A DNA stretch of 64,000 bases from an uncultured Actinomycetes bacterium (GTDB taxonomy: Bacteria > Actinomycetota > Thermoleophilia > RBG-16-64-13): the NCBI GenBank assembly GCA_963706025.1, contig CAVPLM010000003.1:480001-544000 (forward strand), written 5' to 3'. Shown piece by piece: positions 33,747 to 44,706 of this stretch. How positions within the stretch are numbered: position 1 is the first letter of the stretch; each line of letters starts with the position of its first letter. The notes under the pieces were generated by a model. It saw only the letters and a program-made list of their open reading frames with translations. It did no database searches and was not told where the DNA came from. A program made the translations under genes and the position numbers.

Positions 33747-35822
33747 CTAGATCGCGTTGCCGATACGCCAGCCGGCCGCGGTCGCGTCGGGGATAAGGCC
33801 GGGGTCCTCGCAGTCGCCGATGGCGTAGATCTCCGGCACCTTTCCTTCAAGGCTCTCGGCCAGGGCCGTGCTCGCCGCGAAGGGCAGCGCACATATGACG
33901 CTGTCGGCCTCGATGGTCCGCGTCTCGCCCTCCTTGGTGACCAGGGTCAGCCCCTTGTCGGTGATCTCAACGAGCTTCACGCCCGCCAGTCGCTCGACGC
34001 CCTTCTTGTCGAACCAGTAGAAGAGGCGGGTCCTTCTCTCCGGGTACATCCCACTGCCGAGCTCTTCCCCGGTGTCGACGATCGTCACCTGCCTGCCCCG
34101 CTTCGTCAGGAACTCTCCCAACTGGCAGCCCTGGATGGCTCCCCCGATGATCACCGCGCTCTTGCCAACCGGCATCCAGTAACGGGTCAGGTCTCTCAGC
34201 GTCTTGGGACCGAGGATCCAGAGATAGAACCTTAGAGTCCCGTACAGGTCGTCGCTCCTGATGACGTTCCGTCCCTCGACCCCCGGGACGTCCGGCAGCG
34301 TGGGAGAGCCTCCGGCCGCTACGATGACCACGTCGGGCTTGGCCTCCGCGATGGCCGCGGCGTCGAACTCCTTGCCCAGTTGGACGTCGACCCCCAGCTT
34401 CCTGACCTGCCTCCTGAAGAACCAGATCACCTCGCGCACGTCTTCGACCTCGGACCCCTTGACCAGGGCAGCCAGAGACATTGACCCGCCGAGGTATTTG
34501 CCTTTTTCCCACAGGCTGACGGTATGTCCTCGCAGCGCGGCTACCCTGGCCGCCTGCATCCCCGCCGGCCCCCCACCGATAACGAGCACCTGCTTCTTCG
34601 CGGCGGTGGGCGCCGGCTCATAGGAATCGGTCCCGAAACAGGCATTGATGCGGCAGTGACGCGGCTCGTTATACGTGCTGCTGCAGTGGCCGCACTTGGT
34701 GCACGGTTGGATATCGGTGGATCGGCCCGTGCGCACCTTGTTGGGATACTCGGGGTCGGCGAAGATACGGCGATTGAAGCCGATCAGATCGGCCTTGCCC
34801 TCTTTGAGCACCTGCTCGCCCGAGTCCGCGTCGAAGCCACACACCGTCATGACGGGGATGGAGACCACCTGCTTGATGGCCGCCGCCAGCGGTACGTTGC
34901 AGAGGGCTCCCTTGTGAGTCCAGTCCATCTCCTTTGGGAACTCGCTCAAGGGGATGTGCGGTTCGGGATAGAAGAGGGTGTCGCTCAGATACGAGCCCTG
35001 GTGCATGCCCACCCAGTGCGAGCGCACGTGCAGGGAATCGACCCCGGCGCCCTGGTAGATCCGGGCCAGCTCCTTGTTCTCCTCAAGGCTGAGACCCAGT
35101 TCGCCGACCCCGGCCTCGATACCGTTCATGAACACCTGTATCGCGAAGTCGGGCCCGACGCGTTTCCTGACGGCCTCGATGGTATCGAGCACGAAACGCG
35201 TCCGGTTCTCCATGCTTTGCGGCCCATAGATGTCGTCGCGCCGGTTCCAGAAGCGCGACAGGAAGCTGTCGAAGAGGTGGTCCGCCCCCGTATGGATCTC
35301 GATGCCGTCGAAGCCTGCATCGGCCAGCCGGCCCGCGGCGGCGGCGTATCGCTCGACCAGCTCCTCGATCTCGGCGATGGTCAGCTGCTCGGGCGGCTCT
35401 TCCTCGTGGACGTCGAACATGGACGGGAAGGTCACGGGCGACGCGGCAACCCTCTTCGCAATCGTGTGGTAGACGCCGCCCCAGGGGCCGCGATGGTAGA
35501 ACTGCATGAACGCGGGACAACCGCCCTTGTGGATCTCGGCGGCAAGGTCGCTGATATCTTTCATGTACTTGTCGTCGTCGACGCGGAGGCGGCGGTCACC
35601 CTCTTCGGCCAGCGGCCATTCCATCGCGGGAGTCTCGACGACGATCAGTCCCGCCCCGCCCCGAGCCACCGCTCCGTAGAACGCCTTGGCGATGTCGCCG
35701 AAGCGGCGCTCGCCGGAGTCGAAGAAGTACGTCTGGGCCGCGGTCTTGACGATCCTGTTCTTCAGCTGCACCTTGCCGATGTTGATTGGCGAAAAGAGGT
35801 GCTCGTAGCGGAAACGCGCCAT
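33747..35822 (-). CDS. NADH:flavin oxidoreductase (Old Yellow Enzyme + Fe-S + FAD; enoate/dienoyl-CoA reductase-like)
   Basis: LKNRIV, GGAGLI, AGFDGIEIH, NRRDDIYG, PCTKCGHC...CRIN, GGGPAG. Confidence 0.92.
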   Translation of the reverse strand: MARFRYEHLFSPINIGKVQLKNRIVKTAAQTYFFDSGERRFGDIAKAFYGAVARGGAGLIVVETPAMEWPLAEEGDRRLRVDDDKYMKDISDLAAEIHKGGCPAFMQFYHRGPWGGVYHTIAKRVAASPVTFPSMFDVHEEEPPEQLTIAEIEELVERYAAAAGRLADAGFDGIEIHTGADHLFDSFLSRFWNRRDDIYGPQSMENRTRFVLDTIEAVRKRVGPDFAIQVFMNGIEAGVGELGLSLEENKELARIYQGAGVDSLHVRSHWVGMHQGSYLSDTLFYPEPHIPLSEFPKEMDWTHKGALCNVPLAAAIKQVVSIPVMTVCGFDADSGEQVLKEGKADLIGFNRRIFADPEYPNKVRTGRSTDIQPCTKCGHCSSTYNEPRHCRINACFGTDSYEPAPTAAKKQVLVIGGGPAGMQAARVAALRGHTVSLWEKGKYLGGSMSLAALVKGSEVEDVREVIWFFRRQVRKLGVDVQLGKEFDAAAIAEAKPDVVIVAAGGSPTLPDVPGVEGRNVIRSDDLYGTLRFYLWILGPKTLRDLTRYWMPVGKSAVIIGGAIQGCQLGEFLTKRGRQVTIVDTGEELGSGMYPERRTRLFYWFDKKGVERLAGVKLVEITDKGLTLVTKEGETRTIEADSVICALPFAASTALAESLEGKVPEIYAIGDCEDPGLIPDATAAGWRIGNAI

Positions 35823-35909
35823 CAGCCGACCCCCCGGTCTTGGTTCCGTGCGTGGAGCCGCGGGGCGGCTCCGCCGCCCCGCGGCACAGTCTCGACCCGC
35901 GGACAGCCT

Positions 35910-36735
35910 CTACGTCAGCGGGATATCTCCCAGGTTGATGTCTTGATCAGTGGTGTCCAGACCCGCGAAGCTCTTGACCTTGTCGCCGTGCTTCATCTGC
36001 AGATCGAACACCCCGTCCTTCAAACCCTCGAACCAGAAGTCCCCGTAGCTGTCGGTCTGAGCGGTGAGCTTCGCGCCGTCGGACGCCCCTGTCAAGGTGC
36101 AGGTGGCCCCGATGATGACCTCTTCCTCCACCGGGTCGTAGAGAGTACCGGCGATGAACTTCTTGGGCAGGTTGAGGTAGTAGACTCGGGGCAGAAGCGT
36201 GTCTTTCAGTTCCGGCTTCCACACCTCGGCCGTCGGCGATGAGCTCTTTGGCTTCTTCCTCGTCCATGAACCGGATGGCCAGGGTCGGGCAGGCATCGGC
36301 GCAGCGGGGCTCGGTCCAACCGTCGTCGAGCAGATGGGCGCAGCCGGTGCACTTCTGGGCTATGTTCAGGTTCTCATTGAAGAAGATCACGTTGTAGGGA
36401 CAAGCATCGACGCAGTTCTTGCAGCCGGTGCATTTGACCGGGTCGATGATGACCAGGCCGTCGTCCCGCTTGTAGAGGGCGCCGGTGATCGGGCAGGCTT
36501 CCGCGCAGGGAGCCTTGTCGCAGTGCATGCAGAGATGCGGGCGGTAGGCCACCTTCACCTTGGGTACCGTCCCTCGCACCCGCTCGGTGAGTTCGATCCA
36601 GAACTGGCCGGTATCGGGCTGGGGTTTGGCGATGGGGGTCCAGTCGTTGGCCACGTGCTCGTCTTTGCAGACGATCTGGCAGGAGTGGCAGCCATTGCAC
36701 TTGGCTATATCGATGACGAAGACTTTCTTTGCCAT
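35910..36735 (-). CDS. 4Fe-4S dicluster small subunit of the second transhydroxylase-like enzyme; frameshift ~36230
   Basis: CNGCHSCQIVCKDEH, CMHCDKAPC, CTGCKNCVDACP, KCTGCAH, LNLPKKFIAG, TDSYGDFWFEGL. Confidence 0.88.
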
Positions 36736-36737
36736 GA

Positions 36738-39467
36738 CTACCTCCCCTCCTGGACCCAGCCGTTGAAGCGCAGGCCGGAGGCGGGATCGTATTCGCGTGC
36801 AAACGCCTCCGGATACTCCCGCATCCACTCCTCCATCTGGGTCATGGAGACCCGCTCAACTTCGGCCAGATAGCCACTGGTGGCCTGACCGGCCGCGTGT
36901 TTTGAAGTCAACCCTTCAGGCGCGATCACGTTGATGGCCCCGCCCCGCTCGAGGGTGAAGGGGATGATGAAGTCGGCCCGGGCTCCGTGATCGATCGAGA
37001 CCACGCCCGGCATGATCCGCTCCCACACGAGAGCCCCGCAGAGCACCCCGCCTCGCTCGTTGTAGACCTTGACGATATCCCCGTTCTTGATGCCCCGTGC
37101 CGCTGCGTCGCTGGGGTGCATCCAGCAGGGCTCGTACATGTACCCGTCCCAGCCCTTGACCTTGCAGGTGAGGGCTTCTCTGGTCCAGGAGATGTCGTCG
37201 CACTGGGCGTGAGTCCTCCACCGGCCGTGATTCGACATCACGAGAAGCGGGTACGCCTTCGCCCTCGTACTGGAGATGCGCTCGTCGTGGGTGATGCCCT
37301 TCTCAATCCACTTGGGGATGGGGGGCCGTTCCTCGTCGGTGGGAAAGGCCTTCTCCAGGCTCTCGGAGTAGAACTCCAGCTTGCCGGTGGGAGTGGGTAT
37401 GGGATTGGCTACGGGGTCTTTGTAGAACTCATACAGACCGGCCGGCCATTTCTCCCAATCGGGGGCCACCGGGAGTACGCAGTACTGCTTCTCCTTGAAC
37501 TCATCCCACGGGACGACCGCGGTGAACTTCATGCCTTCGTACGTGCCCCTGATAAGTTCTTCCTCGCTGAAGCCGTCGGTGACCTCGTCGAGCAGACCGA
37601 GCTTCTTGGCCACCTCGCAGACCGCTTCGTAGTCGCTCTTCGATTCGCCGATGGGAGCGACGGCCTGATTCATGAGCACCACGCTCTGGAAGCTGTCACC
37701 CTCCCGGATGCAGGGAGAGATGTCGTTCAGTTCCAGAGTGGTGCTGGTCGGCAGGATGATGTCCGCGGAGAGCACGTCGTTCTCCAGCCAGGGATGCTGA
37801 GCCACGATGCACTCGATCTTCGGGTTCCTCACGGCTTCCATCACGTCGCTGCCGCAGTTCCAGCAAGTCGTCCGGCACGGCGTGTCCGTCCACATCATGT
37901 GGATCTCGGTGCCGCCCTTTTCCTTCTCGATGGGATAGGTGTACTTCTTGTACTGGTCGGAGGTGGGTTCCTCGTGGCCGCCCGTCCCCCAGAAATCGAC
38001 AGTCCCCTTCTTGATGGCTTCCTCGATGAGCGTCTTGGGGATCATCTGCTTGCCCCAGGCCGTGGGCGTGCCGCGGTGTGGCTTGAGCAAACGCTCGCCA
38101 TAGGGAGTAGCGGTCAGGTTCCCGAAGGGGCCCATGTGGTCGGCGCCGCCTGTGATGATGTTCTTGGGCATGCCCGTGTAGGCGATCTGCGCCTGATGGA
38201 CGCCCGGCTTGCCCAGGCCCTGCATGCCAAGGAGCACGACCTCGAGGCGGGCCGGTTCGTGCGAGTACGGCCCCCGCGCTAGGCCGCCGCCGAAGTAGTG
38301 CCCGATGGTGACGGTCTTCTTGGCCCAGTCTCTGGCGAGCGCTTTGATGGTCCACACCGGCACCCCGCATTTCGGCGAGGCCCACTTGGGCGTCTTGGGC
38401 ACGCCGTCGTCCTCGCCCATCACGTACGCCTTGATCTTGTCGAAGCCGACGGTATGGGTCCTGACGTATTCTTTGTCGAACGTGCCTTCCGTGATCCACA
38501 TGTACATGAGCGCCAACTGCAGCGCAGCGTCGGTGTTGGGAAGGATGGGGATCCACTTGTCGGCGTGGATGGCCGCGGCGTAGTTGAGGTCGGGGTTGAT
38601 GTAGACCTGCTTGATCCCGATCTCGGTCCAGAAGAAGAGCAGCCGGCTTGCAAACTGGCCCCGGAAGCCCCACGTGGTCGTTTCCGGGTCGCCCCCCCAG
38701 ACCACCACCATGTCGCTGTTCTGGCTGATGTCGTTAACGATGTTGTCGTTGGGGGCCATCATCCCGATGTAGCCCTTGCCCCAGATGTGCTTGGAGCCCC
38801 AGTACCAGCCTTCCCAGCTATCCGGGTTCCGTACTTGCTGGGTGAACCCCCCCATCTTGTCGAGGAGCAGCGTGGAACAGCCGTGAGGCGCGTGGACCAT
38901 CTTGCACTCCCCGTGCCCGTCGCCCTGCACCAGGATGGCCAGCGGCCCGTACTGCTTGTGGATGCGCCTGATCTCGTCGGCAACGAGGGTCGCGGCCTCA
39001 TCCCAGGAGACCCGCACATACTTGCTCTTGCCGCGGTTCTGCGGGTTTCTCTCCCCGTTGGGGTCCCAGTCGACCCGCTTGAGGGGGTACTTGACCCGGT
39101 TGGGGGAATACGTCCGCTTCTTGTATGCCAGGCTCCAGGGAGCCGGGACAGCTTTGTACAGAGGCTCGAGGGTCTTGCCGTTCTTCGTGATCTTCCAGGC
39201 GTTGAACGTCGCCGGGTCATACTTCGAATCCCAATGCAGGGGTCTGATCCTGACGACCCTGCCGTCTTTCACATCCACGCAGCAGGGACAGGCGCCGAAT
39301 ATGCCTCCACTCAGACCGAGCGCCTTGAGGACTGTCTTCTCCGAGCTCTTTGGAGTCTGCTCTTCTAAGCGGGACCCCTCCTGCGGGGTCGACGGTTCGC
39401 TGTTCTCTGCTGCCACTTGATTCGTCCTCCTCAGTCGGTCAGATTGATCTCGACCAGAGCCCGACAT
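36738..39467 (-). CDS. Second transhydroxylase-family bis-MGD molybdoenzyme large subunit (divergent); start uncertain
   Basis: YPLKRVDWDPNGERNPQNRGKS, NPDSWEGWYWG, SNHGRWRTHAQ; GDGHGE in place of SSHHNW. Confidence 0.85.
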   Translation of the reverse strand: MSGSGRDQSDRLRRTNQVAAENSEPSTPQEGSRLEEQTPKSSEKTVLKALGLSGGIFGACPCCVDVKDGRVVRIRPLHWDSKYDPATFNAWKITKNGKTLEPLYKAVPAPWSLAYKKRTYSPNRVKYPLKRVDWDPNGERNPQNRGKSKYVRVSWDEAATLVADEIRRIHKQYGPLAILVQGDGHGECKMVHAPHGCSTLLLDKMGGFTQQVRNPDSWEGWYWGSKHIWGKGYIGMMAPNDNIVNDISQNSDMVVVWGGDPETTTWGFRGQFASRLLFFWTEIGIKQVYINPDLNYAAAIHADKWIPILPNTDAALQLALMYMWITEGTFDKEYVRTHTVGFDKIKAYVMGEDDGVPKTPKWASPKCGVPVWTIKALARDWAKKTVTIGHYFGGGLARGPYSHEPARLEVVLLGMQGLGKPGVHQAQIAYTGMPKNIITGGADHMGPFGNLTATPYGERLLKPHRGTPTAWGKQMIPKTLIEEAIKKGTVDFWGTGGHEEPTSDQYKKYTYPIEKEKGGTEIHMMWTDTPCRTTCWNCGSDVMEAVRNPKIECIVAQHPWLENDVLSADIILPTSTTLELNDISPCIREGDSFQSVVLMNQAVAPIGESKSDYEAVCEVAKKLGLLDEVTDGFSEEELIRGTYEGMKFTAVVPWDEFKEKQYCVLPVAPDWEKWPAGLYEFYKDPVANPIPTPTGKLEFYSESLEKAFPTDEERPPIPKWIEKGITHDERISSTRAKAYPLLVMSNHGRWRTHAQCDDISWTREALTCKVKGWDGYMYEPCWMHPSDAAARGIKNGDIVKVYNERGGVLCGALVWERIMPGVVSIDHGARADFIIPFTLERGGAINVIAPEGLTSKHAAGQATSGYLAEVERVSMTQMEEWMREYPEAFAREYDPASGLRFNGWVQEGR

Positions 39468-39667
39468 ACGGGCTAGTTACCATGATAGTCGTACTCAGAA
39501 GTAGGGGAGGCACTTCGCCACAACTATTCATGGCTGACGGGAAATATTACAGCAACGCATAGATGCCTCGGGTGCAGATCATCTACAGGGGGCCCCTCCT
39601 TCATTCTGGTTGTGTCCCAGCGGGGCCGGCCCGTCCGTCGCGGGCGAGCCTATGCTACATTCGGCCC

Positions 39668-40009
39668 ATGAAGATCATCGACAGCCCTGTCCCCCTGAGG
39701 GACCTTGCTTCGATGGCCGAGGGCGGATTCGGGGATCTCGTCAAGGCCGTAGTCGATGTGGAACGCGGCATCATGGCCGTCGACGGGGAGCTGCATTCCG
39801 ACGAAGAAGCGCTCCTCCTTGAAGATGGTTCCGAGCAGCGGCATCTGTGGGGGATCAACATCTACCCGGCTCTGGAAGGTGCAGACCGAGTCGAGTTCGA
39901 CTCCCTGATCAACGTCCGCCCGTCGCAAAGTAATCGTTCGCGCAGCATCGTCGATCCTGAGATCCGCGCTAGGATCGCCGGCATCGTGGACACTCTGGTC
40001 ATACCGTGA
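39668..40009 (+). CDS. DUF5674-like protein
   Basis: VKAVVDVERGIMAVDGELHSDEEALLLEDGSEQRHLWGINIYP...EFDSLINVRPSQSNRSR. Confidence 0.75.
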   Translation: MKIIDSPVPLRDLASMAEGGFGDLVKAVVDVERGIMAVDGELHSDEEALLLEDGSEQRHLWGINIYPALEGADRVEFDSLINVRPSQSNRSRSIVDPEIRARIAGIVDTLVIP

Positions 40010-40350
40010 GCCCGCAGCACCCAGGATTATCCGCCGGCCGGTGGCATACCATGCCGCTCGTCGAGCAATTGGCGAACGTGGGTAGCGAGGTGGAGCGGGC
40101 GCTTGTTTGGGCCGCTAAGGGCAATCCCGAATACAGTCGACTGGCGCTCGAACGGGGACTAGAGCTGCTGGATTTGAGCATCGCCGATCCCAAGCACTTG
40201 CACCGCCTGAAGGAATTGACGCGCTTGCGCGAGATCCTACTGGACTACTTCCTTGGTGAGAACCAATTCGGATCGACGGAAAGCAGCTGGAGAAGCTACT
40301 TCCACGCGTATGGCCTCGCGGCTGCGATCAGGAGGGAATCGATTTGGTAA
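40006..40350 (+). CDS. Conserved helical hypothetical protein coupled to the DUF5674 gene
   Basis: RWHTMPLVEQLANVGSEVERA...ELTRLREILLDYF; GTGA overlap with the upstream gene. Confidence 0.7.
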   Translation: MSPQHPGLSAGRWHTMPLVEQLANVGSEVERALVWAAKGNPEYSRLALERGLELLDLSIADPKHLHRLKELTRLREILLDYFLGENQFGSTESSWRSYFHAYGLAAAIRRESIW

Positions 40351-40916
40351 CGCGGTGTGCCTGGGTGGGGGAAGAGCCACTCTACGTCGGGTACCACGAC
40401 GACGAGTGGGGTGTGCCCGTGCACGACGATCGACTGCTTTTCGAGTTCCTGGTGCTGGAAGGGGCCCAGGCCGGCCTGAGTTGGCTGACCATCCTCAGGA
40501 AGCGAGAGGGCTATCGAAAGGCGTTTGCCGGCTTCGATCCTGCGGCGGTAGCCGCCTTTGGCCCCGCCGACGTCGAGCGGCTGCTGGCCGATCCGGCGAT
40601 CGTGCGCAACCGGCTCAAGGTGGACTCGGCCATCAACAACGCGCGCCGGTTCCTGCAAGTGCAGGAGGAGTTCGGGAGTTTCGAGGCCTACGTTTGGGGA
40701 TTCGTCGCTGGTGAGACCATTCACAACAAGTGGCGGACTATGGCGGAGATCCCTACCAAGACTGCGGAGGCGGAGCGACTGAGCGCCGATCTCAAGCGGC
40801 GGGGCTTCCGGTTCGTAGGCCCGACCATCATGTACGCTCACATGCAGGCGACCGGCATGGTGAACGATCACACGGTCGACTGCTTCCGCTGGGGCGAACT
40901 GAAACGGGGTGGATGA
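40344..40916 (+). CDS. tag: DNA-3-methyladenine glycosylase I
   Basis: RCAW...YHDDEWG, LEGAQAGLSW, IVRNRLK, GFRFVGPT, GMVNDHTVDC. Confidence 0.95.
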   Translation: MVTRCAWVGEEPLYVGYHDDEWGVPVHDDRLLFEFLVLEGAQAGLSWLTILRKREGYRKAFAGFDPAAVAAFGPADVERLLADPAIVRNRLKVDSAINNARRFLQVQEEFGSFEAYVWGFVAGETIHNKWRTMAEIPTKTAEAERLSADLKRRGFRFVGPTIMYAHMQATGMVNDHTVDCFRWGELKRGG

Positions 40917-42267
40917 GGTGGGCGGGCGGCCAGGAGTCGTGAAAACCGAGAGCGAGGGCCCGGCGACCGAGACCCAGACCATCATGTGCATCAACAGCGG
41001 CTCCTCCTCGCTGAAATTCCACCTGTACGAGATGGGCGTGTGTGGCGGGAGCGGCGTCGGCCCAGGGGATATCGCCGGCCCAGGGTGTATTGCCGGCCCA
41101 GGGGGTGGTGCCGGCCCAGGGGGCGGTGCCCGCGACCGGGGCCTATCCGAGGAGTTGCTTGCGCGGGGCGCCGTCGAGGGCATAGGGCAGGGCCAAGGCC
41201 GCCTCTGGTTCGTCGACGGGGCAGGAGAGCCCTTGGCCGAGCGGGAACTGGCCGACGTCCAGCATGAACACGCCATCGAACAGGCGCTTGCCATGCTCTC
41301 CAACAGAGATCTTCCTTCGATCGAGGCGATCGGACACCGGGTCGTCCACGGGGGGCCCAACCACTTCGTCCCGGAAGTCCTGACCCCGGAGCTCATCGAC
41401 GATCTTCGCAGACACACGGCCTGGGCGCCCCTGCACATGCCGGCCAGCCTGCGCGTGATCGAAGCTCTGCGGATGCAACGGCCGGGGCTACCCCAGGTGG
41501 CCTGCTTCGACACCGCTTTCCACGCGCAGATGCCGGAGATCGCCCGCCGCCTTCCCTTGCCCCGGCGTTTCTTCGACCAGGGAGTGCACAAGTACGGCTT
41601 CCACGGTCTCTCGTACGAGTACGTGCTCGACGCCCTCGGTGATCGGGCGAAGGGCCGGGTGGTGATCGCCCATCTGGGCAACGGGGCCAGCATGGCGGCC
41701 TGTCGGGATGGCCGGCCGATGGAGACCACCATGGGGATGACCCCTCTCGGCGGCTTCATGATGGGGACCCGGACCGGGGATCTGGACCCCGGAGTGCCGC
41801 TGTATCTGGTACGGGAGTGTGGCTACGACGACAAGACGCTCGAGCAGCTCCTCGACAAGGAGAGCGGACTGAAGGGGGTATCCGGCGAGACGGCGGACAT
41901 GAAGACTCTGCTCGAGCTTCGGGCAGGCGGCCACGAGGCGGCCACCCAGGCGGTGGAGATGTACTGTTACCAGGCGCGCAAGACGATCGGGTCGCTCACC
42001 GCCGTGCTGGGGGGGTTGGATCTTCTCGTGTTCACCGGGGGCATCGGCGAGAGGGCCGCTCCGGTGCGCGCCCTCATCTGTGGAGGCCTCGAGTACCTGG
42101 GCGTCAAGCTCGACCCGGCCAAGAACGAGACTCACGCCGAGACGATCAGCGACGACGGCAGCCTCTGCGCGGTGAGGGTCGTCCCCACAAACGAAGACGT
42201 GATGATCGCTCGTCACACCTATTCATTGGTATTCGGTGGCGCCGCAGCCGGCGGCGCCGAAACCTGA
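40909..42267 (+). CDS. ackA: Acetate kinase
   Basis: [49 protein letters not shown]. Confidence 0.95.
   Translation: MDEVGGRPGVVKTESEGPATETQTIMCINSGSSSLKFHLYEMGVCGGSGVGPGDIAGPGCIAGPGGGAGPGGGARDRGLSEELLARGAVEGIGQGQGRLWFVDGAGEPLAERELADVQHEHAIEQALAMLSNRDLPSIEAIGHRVVHGGPNHFVPEVLTPELIDDLRRHTAWAPLHMPASLRVIEALRMQRPGLPQVACFDTAFHAQMPEIARRLPLPRRFFDQGVHKYGFHGLSYEYVLDALGDRAKGRVVIAHLGNGASMAACRDGRPMETTMGMTPLGGFMMGTRTGDLDPGVPLYLVRECGYDDKTLEQLLDKESGLKGVSGETADMKTLLELRAGGHEAATQAVEMYCYQARKTIGSLTAVLGGLDLLVFTGGIGERAAPVRALICGGLEYLGVKLDPAKNETHAETISDDGSLCAVRVVPTNEDVMIARHTYSLVFGGAAAGGAET
41059..41130 (+). repeat. 18-bp x4 coding minisatellite in ackA (GGCCCAGGG-N6-GCC; GPGxxA)
   Basis: Units at 41059, 41077, 41095 and 41113. 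Confidence 0.85.
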
Positions 42268-42281
42268 CAAGGAGGAAGATC

Positions 42282-44677
42282 GTGAGCACCCAACCGCCGC
42301 TCGAGGGCCAGACGCCGCTCGACCCCGCTCTGCTGGAGCGGATGAATGCCTACTGGCGCGCGGCGAACTATCTGTCGGTGGGTCAGATATATCTAAGGGA
42401 CAACCCTCTCCTGCGGCGGCCCCTCCGTCACGAGGACATCAAGGCCCGTCTCCTCGGTCACTGGGGCACCTGTCCCGGTCTGAACTTGATCTATGTGCAT
42501 CTGAACCGGGTCATCAAGGCCCGCGATCTGAACGTCGATCTACATCTGCGGACCGGGCCACGGGGGCCCGGCTATGGTCGCGAACGTCTTCCTGGAGGGC
42601 ACGTACAGCGAGTACTACGCGCACATTCCCCAGAATGAAAACGGGATCCAGCGGCTCTTCAAGCAGTTCTCCTTCCCGGGAGGCATCCCCAGTCATGTGG
42701 CCGCGGAGACGCCGGGTTCGATCCACGAAGGCGGGGAGCTGGGCTACGCGCTTTCCCACGCCTACGGAGCCGTCTTCGACAACCCCGATCTGATCGCGTG
42801 TTGTGTCATCGGCGATGGGGAGGCGGAGACCGGCGCCCTGGCTGCCTCCTGGCAGTCGAACAAGTTCCTGAATCCGGCTACCGATGGGGCCGTGCTCCCC
42901 ATACTCCATCTCAACGGCTACAAGATAGCCAATCCCACTGTCCTCGCCCGCATCGGCCGGGATGAGCTGGCGGACTACCTGCGGGGTTGCGGCCATAAGC
43001 CCTACTTCGTCGAGGGAGACGATCCCACCCGCATGCACCAGCTCATGGCGGCCACCCTCGACCGGGCGCTCGACGAGATCAAGGTGTACCAACACAGGGC
43101 CCGGGTGGAGGGCATCGTCGAGCGCCCCCAATGGCCCGCGATCGTATTGGTGACCCCCAAGGGCTGGACCGGCCCCAAGACCGTGGACGGACGGCAGACG
43201 GAGGGGAGCTTCCGCTCGCACCAGGTCCCGTTCTCGGATATGACCGAGGAGCACATCAGGCTCCTCGAAGACTGGATGCGCAGCTACAAGCCCGAGGAGC
43301 TTTTCGACGAGACCGGCGCGTTCCGGCTCGAACTGGCGGAACTGGCGCCCCAGGGCACTCGGCGCATGGGTGACAATCCGCATGCCAACGGCGGGCTGCT
43401 CCTCCACGACCTCGAACTCCCCGACTTCCGCGACTTCCAGGTAGAGGTGCCGGCGCCCGGGGCTCACGCTTGGCCAATCGACCAAAGTCATGGGCGACTT
43501 CCTCGCCGAGACCATGCGGCTCAATCTGGACACAAAGGATTTTCGGGTCTTCGGCCCTGACGAGACCGCCTCCAACCGCCTGGACGCGGTGCTCGAGGTC
43601 ACCCCCCGCACCTGGAACGCCACCATCATCCCTGGGGACGACCGTCTTGCTCCGGACGGGCGGGTGATGGAGATCCTGAGCGAGCACACCATCCAGGGCT
43701 GGCTGGAGGGATACCTACTGACCGGACGTCACGGCTTGTTCTCCTGCTACGAAGCCTTCATCCACATCATCGATTCCATGTTCAACCAGCACGCCAAGTG
43801 GCTGGACGTGAGCCAGGAGATCCCCTGGAGGCGGCCGGTGGCCTCGCTCAACTACCTGCTCACTTCGCACGTCTGGCGCCAGGACCACAACGGCTTCTCC
43901 CACCAGGACCCGGGATTCATCGACCACGTGCTCACCAAGAAGCCGTCAGTGGTGAGGGTCTATCTTCCCCCGGACGCCAACTGCCTCCTCTACGTCACCG
44001 ATAAGTGCCTGCGCAGCCGGAATCTCGTGAACGTGATCGTCTCTGGAAAACAGCCCGAGCCCCAGTGGCTGGACATGACCTCCGCCATCCGGCACTGCAC
44101 GACCGGAGTGGGGATCTGGAAGTGGGCCAGCAACGACGAGGGGGCCGATCCCGACGTGGTGATGGCCTGCGCCGGTGACGTCCCCACCATGGAGACGCTC
44201 GCGGCGGTCGATTTCCTGCACAAGTACCTTCCCGACCTCAAGATCAGGGTGGTGAACGTCGTGGACCTCATGACCCTGCAGCCCCAGAGCGAGCACCCCA
44301 ACGGTCTTTCCGACCGGGAGTTCGACAGCCTGTTCACCGTCGATCGTCCGGTCATGTTCGCCTACCACGGCTATCCCTGGCTGATCCACCGGCTCACCTA
44401 CCGGCGCACCAATCACGGCAACCTCCACGTCCGCGGGTATAAGGAGGAAGGCAGCACCACTACCCCCTTCGACATGACCGTGCGTAACGAGCTCGATCGC
44501 TTCAGCCTGGTGCGCGACGTCATCGACCGGGTACCCGGCCTGGGACGACGAGCGGCTCATCTGCGCCAGTTGGTGAAGGAGATCCACGTCGATCACTGGG
44601 AATACATCCGCGAATACGGCGACGACATGCCTCTGGTAACAGATTGGACCTGGGGATCGTACAGCGGGACTGCATAG
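42282..44677 (+). CDS. xfp: Phosphoketolase (xylulose-5-P/fructose-6-P); frameshifts ~42535 and ~43465
   Basis: [65 protein letters not shown]. Confidence 0.95.
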
Positions 44678-44706
44678 GGCCGGACCACGAAAGCGGAGGA
44701 GATCAA

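Noticed and set aside
35857-35885. GC-rich intergenic hairpins (also 45175-45206) as a REP/MITE family
   Set aside because: No shared sequence between them; ordinary intercistronic stem-loops
26540-41130. Short tandem repeats (26540, 41059) as possible CRISPR arrays
   Set aside because: No spacers, in-frame coding 18-mers, no cas genes
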